Position numbers and translations under genes: made by a program. The notes beneath the pieces are model-generated. The model was not told the origin of the DNA, ran no database searches, and saw only the letters and a program-made list of their open reading frames with translations. From NCBI RefSeq assembly GCF_050296975.1, contig NZ_JBNKRX010000036.1, positions 40,019 to 104,018 on the forward strand: 64,000 nt of DNA, written 5' to 3'. Positions 28,284 through 38,408 of this stretch are shown one piece after another (within the stretch, counting starts at the first letter, position 1; each line of letters starts with the position of its first letter). This DNA comes from Sulfurimonas sp. Its GTDB lineage: Bacteria > Campylobacterota > Campylobacteria > Campylobacterales > Sulfurimonadaceae.

Positions 28284-28308
28284 AAAAAGGGCTAAAAAGC
28301 CCTTTTTT
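28284..28308. terminator. Bidirectional terminator between the recoded PH gene and the integrase
   Basis: AAAAAGGGCT-AAA-AAGCCCTTTTT. Confidence 0.65.
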
Positions 28309-29422
28309 ATATACATAAATTCTTAACAGCTTCCATTCCTTGGTCTGGAGCTAATTTAGCATACCTCATAGTCATTTCTATGCTTTTATGGTTCATGAGC
28401 CTCTGAATAGTAAAAATAGGTGTACCCGCTATCGCTAATTGAGAAGCAAAGGTATGTCGTAGTGTGTGTGGGACAACACGATTTTTTCTATCAACTGGAG
28501 ATATTTCCTGATTGAAGAGGGTATCCATAATAGAGCCTAGCTTATATGTTATGGAACTTCTCGCTAGTTTGATAATACAATCGGTAGGCTTTGAAAGTTC
28601 ATCAATTCTTTCTAATAGCAATTCTTTTATCTCATCATTGTAAAAACCTGTATAGGTATCATTGTTTTTATGGTCTGATAAGATTAAAGAATTGTTGTTT
28701 GGTTTAATATCCATCGCTCTAATAGTTGCAATTGTACCAACTCTTCCACCTGTTGAGAGAGATAATTTCACAAAGAGATATATTTCATAATTTATGTTTT
28801 TACATACTTCTAAAAGCTTTTTGATTTCATCAAGAGTTAAGTATCTTTCTCTAATATTATTCAGTTGCTCATGTTTAATGTTAGCCGTAGGGATATGACC
28901 ATCATATAGTTTTTTTGATACAACATATTTATACATTGCATTAAGAGTTACTATTAAGGTTCTAATGGTCGCAACAGATAAATCCTTTTTTAAGTCCTGT
29001 TGCAGTTTTAAAACATCATCTTCAGTAAAATTATGTAGCCGTATATGACCTATAGTCTTTTCAAAATGATTTGTGAATCTTCTACGTTCTTTTTCTACAT
29101 CTTTAATTGTATTAGCTTTATAATCAAAATATAGTTCAGACATTTCAAGAATTGTCATAGTTTGTTTTTGTTTAGCTATTTTTGGAAGTTCTTCTCCCAA
29201 TCTGATTTTAGTGAGAATCTCTTCACGTTTAGCTTTACAATATTTTTCTCGTATGCCACCAGAGTAGTTACCAATAGTTTTGAATCTATCTTTACCATTC
29301 TCATCAACCCATCTGATAATATATCTCTTATCAACTACTTTTCCATCGCTATTAAAAACTTCTTTGTAAAAAACTCCATCTATTCTAGTGGGAGTTCTTT
29401 TTGTTGAAACTGTTGTTTTCAT
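28307..29422 (-). CDS. Tyrosine site-specific integrase
   Basis: 'LSTGGRVGTI', 'PHTLRHTFASQLAIAG...IQRLMNHKSIEMTMRYAKL' (R...HxxR...H...Y); N-terminal arm-binding-like region. Confidence 0.95.
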   Translation of the reverse strand: MKTTVSTKRTPTRIDGVFYKEVFNSDGKVVDKRYIIRWVDENGKDRFKTIGNYSGGIREKYCKAKREEILTKIRLGEELPKIAKQKQTMTILEMSELYFDYKANTIKDVEKERRRFTNHFEKTIGHIRLHNFTEDDVLKLQQDLKKDLSVATIRTLIVTLNAMYKYVVSKKLYDGHIPTANIKHEQLNNIRERYLTLDEIKKLLEVCKNINYEIYLFVKLSLSTGGRVGTIATIRAMDIKPNNNSLILSDHKNNDTYTGFYNDEIKELLLERIDELSKPTDCIIKLARSSITYKLGSIMDTLFNQEISPVDRKNRVVPHTLRHTFASQLAIAGTPIFTIQRLMNHKSIEMTMRYAKLAPDQGMEAVKNLCI

Positions 29423-29424
29423 AA

Positions 29425-29562
29425 TTAGTCCTTGTAAAACGGACAGAAGGACTAAAAATATTTTTAGTCCTTGTTTAGTCCGTAAATGTTAGTTAAATAT
29501 GAATTTATTTGAATTGTGCACAAAAAGAAGTATAACTTGAAAAAGTCCCTATTACAGGGACT
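29425..29562. repeat. TTAGTCC repeat cluster plus a palindrome, candidate att/arm region (right end)
   Basis: ttagtcct 29425-29432 and 29464-29471, aggactaa 29448-29455, ttagtccg 29475-29482; AGTCCCT-attac-AGGGACT 29544-29562. Confidence 0.55.
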
Positions 29563-29604
29563 ACGGGGAGATTTAAAGAGATGTAAAAAAATTAGACGAT
29601 ATTT

Positions 29605-30381
29605 TTATATCGAGATTTTAATCCCAACAGGGCAGTGATCTGAGCCTTCTATGTAGTCTAGTATGAAAGCGTCCTCAAGGTTTTCGGCTAAATCTTCAGA
29701 GATAAAAAAGTAGTCTATTCTCCAGCCCACATTTTTTACCCTTGCACTAAAACGGTATGACCACCAACTATAACGATCGATCTCATCACCGTTAACGTAT
29801 CTAAAAGTATCTATATAGCCGTTATCAAGCAGTTTGTCGATCCAAGCACGTTCTATGGGTAAGAAACCAGATGTTTTGGAGTTTGCTTTTGGATTTTTGA
29901 GGTCTATTTCTTTATGGGCTGTATTTACATCTCCACAGATTATGATGCTTTTCCCATCTTCACGTAAAGCCTCACAGTGGGCTAAAAAGCGATCGTAAAA
30001 CTCCATTTTGTAGTTAAGGCGATCTTCATCTTTTTGCCCATTTGGAAAGTAGACATTAAAAAGCACTATATCATCAAAATGTGTTTCAACTATACGTCCT
30101 TCATTTAGTAGATCAATCTCAGGACAAGTTGAAGTTCTCCCAGTTGCCAAAGTGGTATAAGTTGCAGTTCCGCTATATCCTTTTTTATCAGCAGAATTAA
30201 CATAACGCTCAAGGTATTTCTTGTCAAAAAGATTCTGAGGTATTTGATCTTCTAAGGCTTTGATCTCTTGAAGGCATAAGATGTCTGTATCTCGCTCATC
30301 TATCCATTTGAGTGCATCTTTATTTGCAACTGCTCGAATACCATTTACATTCCATGAGATTATTTCTATAGAGTCAGACAT
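29605..30381 (-). CDS. xth: Exodeoxyribonuclease III
   Basis: 'ISWNVNGIRA', 'LCLQEIKA', 'YFPNG', 'CGDVNTAH', 'GWRIDY', 'GSDHCPV'. Confidence 0.96.
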   Translation of the reverse strand: MSDSIEIISWNVNGIRAVANKDALKWIDERDTDILCLQEIKALEDQIPQNLFDKKYLERYVNSADKKGYSGTATYTTLATGRTSTCPEIDLLNEGRIVETHFDDIVLFNVYFPNGQKDEDRLNYKMEFYDRFLAHCEALREDGKSIIICGDVNTAHKEIDLKNPKANSKTSGFLPIERAWIDKLLDNGYIDTFRYVNGDEIDRYSWWSYRFSARVKNVGWRIDYFFISEDLAENLEDAFILDYIEGSDHCPVGIKISI

Positions 30382-30505
30382 TTTAAACCTTTAACGAGAG
30401 TTTTGGGAAAGTATATTAAAAAAAGCGTCTAGACGCGTGAGCCATCCGCTGAGGAGAATGTAGAGTTATCGTAGCCTAAGGAATTATTTCCTTGGGCGTA
30501 TAAAA

Positions 30506-31387
30506 TTAGATAAAGTCTACTTTAGCAACATGATGTTTTAATCCAAGCTCATCTGATGAACAACCAAGAGCAAGACCTAACATTTGTTGCATGTGAAGCA
30601 CTGGAAGTTTTACATCACGCCCAATAGCTTCTGAAGCATGATGTGTTTGTGTATCTAGTTTTAAGTGACAAAGTGGACATGGAGTTACCATCCAGTCAGC
30701 ATCAGCGTCCATTGCCCCTGCGATTGCATTACCAGTGAGGATTGCAGCAGTTTTTGGCGCTTGAAGTTCAACGTGGAAACCACAACATTTGTTTTTCTCT
30801 TCATAGTCAACACTCTCACCACCACAAGCTACAATTAGATCATCTAACGAAGTAGGGCGATAAGCTGATTCTGGCGATTTATGAGTTTCATTTTGAAGCT
30901 CTGATGGACGAATGTTATGACATCCATAAAATGGTGCAATATTAAACTGGCTAAGTGGAGTTACAACTAGCTCTTTAATCGCATCTAAACCAAAGTCATC
31001 AATGATTGCATATAAAAAGTGAGTTACCTGTGAAGTACCTTTGTACTCTAATCCAACTTCTGCAAGTTTCTCATTTACTTTTGCTTTTAAAGCTTCATCA
31101 TTATCTAGTTTATGTTTAGTCATTGCAGTGTTTAATTGACACGTATTACAGATAGTAACCATTGTAAGACCATGTTTTTCAGCGTACGCAATGTTTCTAG
31201 CATTTAAAACTAGTGATAAAAATTCATCATAATCTTGTAAGTGAGAAGCCCCACAACAAGAAGCTTCAGTAAGTTCAACTAGCTCGATGCCTAGTTTTTT
31301 TGCAACAGCTAAAGTTGACATCATTTGCTCTGGTGTACTTTGTTTAGCAGTACAACCAGTAAAAAGTGCATATTTTAATTTTTTCAT
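30506..31387 (-). CDS. HdrB-like CCG-domain subunit of type-E succinate dehydrogenase/fumarate reductase
   Basis: Two CCG motifs (SCCGA, KCCGF), 'TPCPLCH'; third gene of the sdhAB operon. Confidence 0.88.
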   Translation of the reverse strand: MKKLKYALFTGCTAKQSTPEQMMSTLAVAKKLGIELVELTEASCCGASHLQDYDEFLSLVLNARNIAYAEKHGLTMVTICNTCQLNTAMTKHKLDNDEALKAKVNEKLAEVGLEYKGTSQVTHFLYAIIDDFGLDAIKELVVTPLSQFNIAPFYGCHNIRPSELQNETHKSPESAYRPTSLDDLIVACGGESVDYEEKNKCCGFHVELQAPKTAAILTGNAIAGAMDADADWMVTPCPLCHLKLDTQTHHASEAIGRDVKLPVLHMQQMLGLALGCSSDELGLKHHVAKVDFI

Positions 31388-31398
31388 TCTTTTGTCTC

Positions 31399-32373
31399 CT
31401 AAAACTTCGCTGTTGATGAAGATTTAACAAGTTTTTTAATCTCATCTAAATTATCTGATTTTGGTAGTTGCCAAGGCATAGGAATTTTTCCTTTTGTGAA
31501 CATTTTAATTGCCACTGGAACGTGTTTAACAATCCCTGGCCCCTCAGAGTAGAGTACTAAACCACCTTCATCAAGTACACCACGTTTTGCGATCGAGTGT
31601 TTAAATCCAACTGCATGACGTGTCGCAACGTTAGATGGCGCTTTTCCTTCTTGGAAAAGTTTTTGGTGAAGTTTAGTGATTTTTGCGATCGGATTGATCT
31701 CTTTTGGACACACTTCAGCACATTCAAAACATTTAACACAGTCCCAAACTCCTTGTGCTTCAGCATTAACATCTTCAAGTCTGTTTGGAGATTCATCACG
31801 AACATCTGCTTCAAATCTATAAGCTGCTGCAAATGCTGCTGGTCCAAAGAAATCTTCATTTACTTCAACTGCTGGACAAGCATAGTGACATGCACCACAT
31901 TGGATACAAAGATCAGCTTCATCTAAAGCATCTGCATCTTCAGGAGATACGAGGTTTTCAAGTGCTGGAGCTTCATCAACCTCTGTTACAACATACGGTG
32001 TAACTGCTGCGTGTTTATCCCAAAAATCAGCCTTGTCTATAATCATATCTTTAATAGCACGTTTTTTACTTAATGGCTCGATAACTAGCTCATTGCCAAA
32101 AAGTTCTACCATATCATCCATACTCTCTTTACAAGCAAGAGTAGAGCGACCATTTACTTTGATAGCACAAGCACCACAGATACCGTGACGGCAAGATCTT
32201 CTGTAAGAGAAACTTCCATCATGATCCCATTTAATTCTGTTGAGGATATCTAAAACAACCTCTTCAGAAGTTACTTCCATCTCATAATCATCATAGTATG
32301 GAAGGTAATCCTCCTGCGCATTGAAGCGGAATACTTTAAATTTTACTTTTTGTGTAGTAATTGTATGTTCCAT
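31399..32373 (-). CDS. sdhB: Succinate dehydrogenase/fumarate reductase Fe-S subunit
   Basis: 'SCRHGICGACA', 'CIQCGACHYACP', 'CVKCFECAEVCP'. Confidence 0.93.
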   Translation of the reverse strand: MEHTITTQKVKFKVFRFNAQEDYLPYYDDYEMEVTSEEVVLDILNRIKWDHDGSFSYRRSCRHGICGACAIKVNGRSTLACKESMDDMVELFGNELVIEPLSKKRAIKDMIIDKADFWDKHAAVTPYVVTEVDEAPALENLVSPEDADALDEADLCIQCGACHYACPAVEVNEDFFGPAAFAAAYRFEADVRDESPNRLEDVNAEAQGVWDCVKCFECAEVCPKEINPIAKITKLHQKLFQEGKAPSNVATRHAVGFKHSIAKRGVLDEGGLVLYSEGPGIVKHVPVAIKMFTKGKIPMPWQLPKSDNLDEIKKLVKSSSTAKF

Positions 32374-32383
32374 AGATTAATCC

Positions 32384-34096
32384 TTAGTAGTTTCTTGCTT
32401 TGAGTTCATGTTTACCAAGAACAACATCCATATAATCCAATGAAATCTCTCCATTTTCATCCATGTATGCCATAGTGTGTTTTAACCAATCTTGGTCATC
32501 ACGCTCTTGGAAATCTTCTCTATAGTGAGCACCGCGGCTCTCTTTACGTGGAAGGGCTGATTCTACAATAAATAAAGAGTAATCTAACATGTGACCAAGC
32601 TCTATAGCTTCTTGTAATTCAGTGTTAAATACTTTAGACTTGTCTTTTATACGAACATTTTTAAATCTTGCTCTAAGTTCTTTTACTTTTTCAATAGCAA
32701 GTTTGATAGTATCTTCAGTTCTAAATGCACCAGCATTCGCAGTCATAGCTTGTTGTAACTCTTCACGAAGATTTGTTACAGTCTCGTCACCATTGTTGTT
32801 AAGAATGAAATCAATCTCTGCCAATGCAGTTGCAGCGTCTTCTGGGGTAGCTTTATGAAGATGGATGCTATCGATCTCTTCAACCATTGTTTTACCAACA
32901 TAACGACCAAATAAAAGTGCTTCAAGAACAGAGTTTGCACCAAGGCGATTTGCACCATGAACAGATACACAAGAACACTCACCCGCAGCATAAAAACCTT
33001 CGATAAATTCATCGTTGTTTTTACGAACATTTCCAGCAATATTTACAGGGATACCACCCATAGAATAGTGTGCAGTTGCAGAGATTAAGATCGGCTCTTT
33101 GATCATATCTAAACCTAAGAACGTGATAGCAAGTTCACGTAACTCAGGAAGTTTTTGCATAATTAGGTCTTTTCCTAAGTGTGTAACATCAAGATATACA
33201 GCATCTTTTCTAGGACCAACACCACGGCCTTCTCTAATCTCATTTAAAATAGCACGAGATACAACGTCACGAGAAGCAAGTTCAAGAGCATTTGGAGCAT
33301 ATTTCTCCATAAAACGCTCACCTTTAGAGTTAAACAGACGTCCACCTTCACCACGAGCAGCTTCAGAGATTAAAACACCGTTTCCTGAAAGCCCAGATGG
33401 GTGGAATTGTACAAACTCCATATCCTCTAAAGGGATACCGTGACGAGCTACGATAGAAAGACCATCACCAGTATTTGCATGTGCATTTGAGTTGATCTTA
33501 TAACATCTAGCGTATCCGCCAGTTGCAAACATTACAGATTTTGCATTAAAGATAGCTATTTGCATATCACGGATATTAAACGCAACTACACCAGATACTT
33601 TTCCATTTTTATAAATGATATCTGCTGCATACCACTCGTCCCAAAACTGAACACCAGCACGGAAAGCTTGTTCATAAATAGTTTGTAATAATGTAAGACC
33701 AGTTCTGTCTTTTGCAAAACAAGCACGTGGTGAACTTTGCCCACCAAAAGGTCTTTGAGCAATTTTACCATTATCCCAGCGGCTAAATGCAGCTCCCATT
33801 CTCTCAGCCCAGCGAATAGTCTCTGGGGCATTTTTACACATAAACTCAACAGCATCTTGATCTGCTAAGTAATCGGCACCTTTTACCGTATCGAATTCAT
33901 GAAGTTCAACACTATCCTCGTCACTAAAAGCGGCATTAACACCACCTTGAGCAGCACCTGAGTGGCTTCTCAGTGGATGAAGTTTTGTAATTACAGCAAC
34001 TTTTTTGCCTGCATTTTGCAATTCTCTTGCTGCTGCACATCCTGCCAGACCTGCACCAACAACAACTGCGTCGTAAGTATAAATAGGAATACTCAT
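32384..34096 (-). CDS. sdhA: Succinate dehydrogenase/fumarate reductase flavoprotein
   Basis: 'GAGLAG', 'RSHSGAAQGG', 'QFHPSG', 'HYSMGGI', 'HGANRLGANS'; no Tat leader. Confidence 0.95.
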   Translation of the reverse strand: MSIPIYTYDAVVVGAGLAGCAAARELQNAGKKVAVITKLHPLRSHSGAAQGGVNAAFSDEDSVELHEFDTVKGADYLADQDAVEFMCKNAPETIRWAERMGAAFSRWDNGKIAQRPFGGQSSPRACFAKDRTGLTLLQTIYEQAFRAGVQFWDEWYAADIIYKNGKVSGVVAFNIRDMQIAIFNAKSVMFATGGYARCYKINSNAHANTGDGLSIVARHGIPLEDMEFVQFHPSGLSGNGVLISEAARGEGGRLFNSKGERFMEKYAPNALELASRDVVSRAILNEIREGRGVGPRKDAVYLDVTHLGKDLIMQKLPELRELAITFLGLDMIKEPILISATAHYSMGGIPVNIAGNVRKNNDEFIEGFYAAGECSCVSVHGANRLGANSVLEALLFGRYVGKTMVEEIDSIHLHKATPEDAATALAEIDFILNNNGDETVTNLREELQQAMTANAGAFRTEDTIKLAIEKVKELRARFKNVRIKDKSKVFNTELQEAIELGHMLDYSLFIVESALPRKESRGAHYREDFQERDDQDWLKHTMAYMDENGEISLDYMDVVLGKHELKARNY

Positions 34097-34244
34097 TCAA
34101 TTTCCCTTCGTATAAAGAACTAAAATAATGCTGATTATAGCTCAAAAAGACTTAGGGAAGATTAAATATTACTTATATAACGAAGAAGATAGAGTTTGTT
34201 ACAATTTGAGACACACAGAGAAAAATATGTGTTACGATATTTCT

Positions 34245-35483
34245 CTAGTGCATATCTCTTTGTGCCATATCTCTTGTTTGGAAAATTTTGTTTTTTCCTG
34301 TAGTTATAGCGTAGTTTAAAATCTCTTTAGCTTGTTTAATAGCCTCTTCGAGATTTGTATTGTTTGGTTTGTTGACATGCCCACCAGTGACTGTGATACG
34401 TTCGGTACCAACATTTGGCACATTAAATTTCAGATCAGCAATACTTTCACGGATAAGCTCAACATCTTTAAAACACTGCTCTTTTGTTGAACGTGAGAGT
34501 ATAATAGTGTACTGGTTATAATCCGTTCTTGCAATAACATCTACAGGTTGTTCATAAAGTGAAATAGTGTAAGCAACTTTTTTGAGTATAGACTGTGTAA
34601 TATCTTGTGGATACGGTCTGTGTGTTTTTGAAAAGTTATCTATATTGATGACAGTCACTGATGTAAAGTTACTATCTTTTAAACCTTTTTTATGTGAGTA
34701 TGAATTGAGCATACCTTTATAGTTATTGATACCTGTGACTTTGTCTAACATTGTTGGATTGTCATTAGTGATAACTTTTCTATTCATTCTTAGTGCAATA
34801 GCATCTGCTTCGATAGAAAAAATCTCATACCCTTTTTTATCTTTATCTACTTGGTATAAAAATTCAATATCTTTATAGATTTTATTGAGTCTATATCTGT
34901 ACCAAAATGTAAAAAAGAGTACAATGATAAATGCCACTATAGAGATATCTTGGATAATAGAAAACTTTTGTTCGTCGTACTTGATATGTTTTAGAAGCAT
35001 ATTATTAATATGAGTGATTACAGCACTTAGTGAATCGTCAAGTGCTTTTTTTGCTTCTATCTCTTCATCAGTCTCTTTTAGGTTCTCTTTTTTGTTTTTG
35101 AGAATATCTTCATAATATACGTGAGCATCTTCATTGAATGTATCTGTTAGTTTTGATAATTGGTTTACATCTGCTCTGTATTCATTAGAATTGTCTAAAA
35201 TATAATCTTCTGAAAAATTGTACTTGTAGTACATCATCAGTTTATCTATCTCTTGATGTAGTTGTGTACTTTTGCCATTAAATTGAATAAGGGCAAGTTC
35301 TATATCGTTTTTGTCAAGTTGCGAGAGTTTATGTACGATACTTTTTTGGTTTTCAAGGTTGTTTATCTTTTTGTATGACATTGTATGTTCAAAAACAAAA
35401 AACATCAAAATAGAGAAAACAAAAAATACAAAAATTAAGTATGTTTTCAATCCCTTAAAAATCTTCTTCATGGAACTTTTCAT
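34245..35483 (-). CDS. Membrane protein with degenerate GGDEF domain
   Basis: Two TM, 'DKVTGINN', 'NIDNFSK'; 'ARTDYNQY' stands in place of GGDEF. Confidence 0.8.
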   Translation of the reverse strand: MKSSMKKIFKGLKTYLIFVFFVFSILMFFVFEHTMSYKKINNLENQKSIVHKLSQLDKNDIELALIQFNGKSTQLHQEIDKLMMYYKYNFSEDYILDNSNEYRADVNQLSKLTDTFNEDAHVYYEDILKNKKENLKETDEEIEAKKALDDSLSAVITHINNMLLKHIKYDEQKFSIIQDISIVAFIIVLFFTFWYRYRLNKIYKDIEFLYQVDKDKKGYEIFSIEADAIALRMNRKVITNDNPTMLDKVTGINNYKGMLNSYSHKKGLKDSNFTSVTVINIDNFSKTHRPYPQDITQSILKKVAYTISLYEQPVDVIARTDYNQYTIILSRSTKEQCFKDVELIRESIADLKFNVPNVGTERITVTGGHVNKPNNTNLEEAIKQAKEILNYAITTGKNKIFQTRDMAQRDMH

Positions 35484-35568
35484 AGTTATGTCCTAAAAAT
35501 GTTATAATATCATCACAAATATTCTATATCTATAGAAGTTAATATATCCTTAATATGAAGAAGTTTTT

Positions 35569-36387
35569 TTGAATTTAGAAAATTATTTTATATCACAATT
35601 TAACAATAAAAATATTGGTGACGATGGTGCTGTGATTGGAAAATATGTTTATTCTAAAGATGCTTTTTTTGAAAATATTCATTTTAAACGAGAGTGGTTA
35701 AGTTACTTTGATATCGCCAAACGTGCGATGTTAGTGAATATTTCAGATGCTATAGCCATGGGAGCCAAACCAAAATATGCACTACTGAGTGTTGCTATGC
35801 CAAAAGATATGAGTGCAAAAGATATGAAAGAGTTAGCAAGTGGTTTTCAAGAAATAGCAACAAAATATAACATAGATATTGTCGGTGGTGATACAATAAG
35901 TAACACAAAGTTAGATATAACTATAACAATCATTTCTCAGGTAAATAAAACTTTATATCGAAAAGGGATAAAACAAAACTATCTTTTGGCATATACTGGT
36001 GTTCTGGGTGAATCTGCAAAAAGTTTAAAAAAACTACAAAACCTTGGAAAAATCCACCAAAAATCTAAGTTTATCCATATACAATTACGTCAAACATTTT
36101 TGCAAAAAACAACGAATGTTCTCAAGGCTGGGATGGATATCTCAGATGGGTTATTTTGCGATACGCAAAAATTAGCTGATGCAAATGGTCTGGGAATTAA
36201 ATTTTTCAACAAAATACCTAAACGTATAGGATGTAGTGGAGAAGAGTATGAGATGCTTGTTGCTTTTGCTCCTCGTGATAGAAAAAAGATGATAAGACTA
36301 GCAAAGCTTTCACGAACGAAACTTACAGTTTTTGCTAACGCAAAACGAGGTAAATATATAAACAGATGCAAAGCGCATCATTTTTAG
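35569..36387 (+). CDS. thiL: Thiamine-phosphate kinase
   Basis: 'IGDDGAV', 'VNISDAIAMGA', 'GGDT', 'GMDISDGL', 'GEEYEML'. Confidence 0.92.
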   Translation: MNLENYFISQFNNKNIGDDGAVIGKYVYSKDAFFENIHFKREWLSYFDIAKRAMLVNISDAIAMGAKPKYALLSVAMPKDMSAKDMKELASGFQEIATKYNIDIVGGDTISNTKLDITITIISQVNKTLYRKGIKQNYLLAYTGVLGESAKSLKKLQNLGKIHQKSKFIHIQLRQTFLQKTTNVLKAGMDISDGLFCDTQKLADANGLGIKFFNKIPKRIGCSGEEYEMLVAFAPRDRKKMIRLAKLSRTKLTVFANAKRGKYINRCKAHHF

Positions 36388-36394
36388 GAACAAT

Positions 36395-37468
36395 ATGGAC
36401 AGATTTTATTCTTTAGCACATGCAAGTATAGATTTTCACTTTAAGCAAAGTGCACGTGATTTTGTAGTTGATGAGATACCTTTATATGAGTTTAGTGGTG
36501 AAGGTGAGCATTTAGTTCTTCACGTGCGAAAAAAGAACCTCGCTACAAATGAGATGATAGGGATAATAGCACGCTATTTAGGGATCAAAAATAAAGATAT
36601 AGGCTATGCAGGACTCAAAGATAAAAATGCGATGACAAAGCAGTATATCTCTTTGCATAAAAAGTATGAAGAAGCGTTGGAGAGTTTTGAACATGATTCG
36701 ATCAAAATACTCTCAAAAACATACCATAACAATAAAATAAGAGTGGGGCATTTAAAGGGAAATAGATTTTTTATACGTTTAAAAAAGGTTAATCCTACTG
36801 ATGCGTTAAAGATCGATGAGGCTTTAAAAAATATTGACAAACAAGGACTTCCTAACTTCTTTGGGTATCAACGTTTTGGAAATGATGGAGACAGTCACAT
36901 TCTTGGGGAAAAATTGGCAAAAGGGGATGCAAGAGAACGCAATCCAAGAGTAAAAAAGCTTCTGATTAATGCGTATCAGTCGCATCTATTTAATTTATGG
37001 CTTTCTCGTCGTTTAGAGATCAACTCTTTAGTGAGTAGTTTTAAGGTGGATGAGTTGGTACCATTACTAAACTTACCAAAACATGAGTTAGAGAAGATGA
37101 AAGCACAAAAACATCCATTTAAACTGATGAGTGGTGATTTGATGGAGCATTATCCATTTGGGCGTGTTTTTGAGTTTAGTGGCGAAGCACATGATCTAGA
37201 GCGTTTTGATGTAAGAGACATTAGTGTGACTGGACTTTTATCTGGTAAGAGAGTAAAACGTGCATCTGATCTTGCGGGTGAGATAGAAAAAGATTTTGAC
37301 GATGAGTTAAAAGAGGATGGAGCTCGTCGTTATGCGTGGGTATATCCAACAGAGATTGAGGGAAAATTCAACCCAATAGAAGCACAATATGAGATGAACT
37401 TTACACTTCCAAAAGGGTCATATGCAACAGTTTTAATTGAAGAGATAGCTAAGAGGAAAATAAACTAG
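36395..37468 (+). CDS. truD: tRNA pseudouridine(13) synthase
   Basis: 'YAGLKDKNAMTKQ', 'GHLKGNRF', 'PNFFGYQRFG', 'LPKGSYATV'. Confidence 0.95.
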   Translation: MDRFYSLAHASIDFHFKQSARDFVVDEIPLYEFSGEGEHLVLHVRKKNLATNEMIGIIARYLGIKNKDIGYAGLKDKNAMTKQYISLHKKYEEALESFEHDSIKILSKTYHNNKIRVGHLKGNRFFIRLKKVNPTDALKIDEALKNIDKQGLPNFFGYQRFGNDGDSHILGEKLAKGDARERNPRVKKLLINAYQSHLFNLWLSRRLEINSLVSSFKVDELVPLLNLPKHELEKMKAQKHPFKLMSGDLMEHYPFGRVFEFSGEAHDLERFDVRDISVTGLLSGKRVKRASDLAGEIEKDFDDELKEDGARRYAWVYPTEIEGKFNPIEAQYEMNFTLPKGSYATVLIEEIAKRKIN

Positions 37469-37583
37469 TCTGTAACCGTACTTTATAACTATTTTTTTAA
37501 GGACAAATCCTCCCTTCGGTCTGAGCCTTAAAAAAACACTTATAAAGCACTATAGAGAATAATTTAAAAGGTAAACACACATA

Positions 37584-38408
37584 ATGGAAAAACACATAAC
37601 AAGCTTAATATCACAATCATTTGGAAAATTTGCAAATAAAGAGTTCCCACATTGGTTTCAAAAGATCATAAATAACTCATATGTCAAACTTATGGGTTTA
37701 GATATGAGTGAGTTTCATGAGCCAAACACTTATAAAAGTTTAAATAAACTTTTTACTAGAACTCTAAAAGAACCTCGTCACTACTCTTTGGATGCTAGTG
37801 ATTTTATATCTCCTTGTGATTCTTGGATTTCAGAACTAGGGCGTGTTCAAGACAATTATGCACTGCAAATCAAAGGGATGCGCTATAAAGTGAATGAGCT
37901 TTTAGGGGAGAACTTTAGTGATGAAGAAAAAGCAGTAGTTGAAGGTGGAGAGTTTATAAACTTCTATCTCTCACCAAGTGATTACCATCGTTACCACATT
38001 CCAACAAATTTAAAAGTACTTAAAGCAGTGCATATCCCTGGAAAATTTTATCCTGTAAATGTACCTTCACTTCAAAAACGACTCAATCTTTTTATAGAGA
38101 ATGAAAGAGTAGTAATTCTTTGTGAGACAACAGAAGGTAAAAAGTTTTACATGGTACTTGTAAGTGCACTTAATGTTGGTGTAATGCAGGTGAGTTTTGA
38201 ACCTCGTATCCAAACAAATGCAGATGTTACAACTCCACAAGTATATGAGTTTGAAAACACTTACTTAAATAAAGGTGATGATTTTGGCTGTTTTGAGATG
38301 GGCTCAACCATCGTTATCGTATCCGAGAAAGATATGTTTAAAGAGATCAATATCAAAATGGATGATAAAGTAAAGTTTGGACAAACAATAGCAAAACTAA
38401 ATAATTAG
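37584..38408 (+). CDS. psd: Phosphatidylserine decarboxylase
   Basis: 'FYLSPSDYHRYH', 'ENERV', 'FEMGSTIV' self-cleavage motif. Confidence 0.94.
   Translation: MEKHITSLISQSFGKFANKEFPHWFQKIINNSYVKLMGLDMSEFHEPNTYKSLNKLFTRTLKEPRHYSLDASDFISPCDSWISELGRVQDNYALQIKGMRYKVNELLGENFSDEEKAVVEGGEFINFYLSPSDYHRYHIPTNLKVLKAVHIPGKFYPVNVPSLQKRLNLFIENERVVILCETTEGKKFYMVLVSALNVGVMQVSFEPRIQTNADVTTPQVYEFENTYLNKGDDFGCFEMGSTIVIVSEKDMFKEINIKMDDKVKFGQTIAKLNN

Larger units (their letters stand above)
2400..29600. mobile_element. Putative integrative mobilizable element or composite genomic island (boundaries approximate)
   Basis: Tyrosine integrase at the right end; excisionase-like HTH, MobC, relaxase and VirD4-like T4CP; clustered TTAGTCC(T/C/G) repeats at both ends; visibly more AT-rich than the backbone. 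No core att direct repeat was identified. Confidence 0.7.

Noticed and set aside
22300-28300. Classical integron cassette array
   Set aside because: Genes face both directions, the hairpins look like terminators without RYYYAAC/GTTRRRY attC boxes, and I saw no IntI-specific insertion in the integrase.
32384-34096. Periplasmic MfrA-type fumarate reductase
   Set aside because: There is no twin-arginine leader. The gene starts directly at the FAD-binding fold, consistent with a cytoplasm-facing type-E enzyme.
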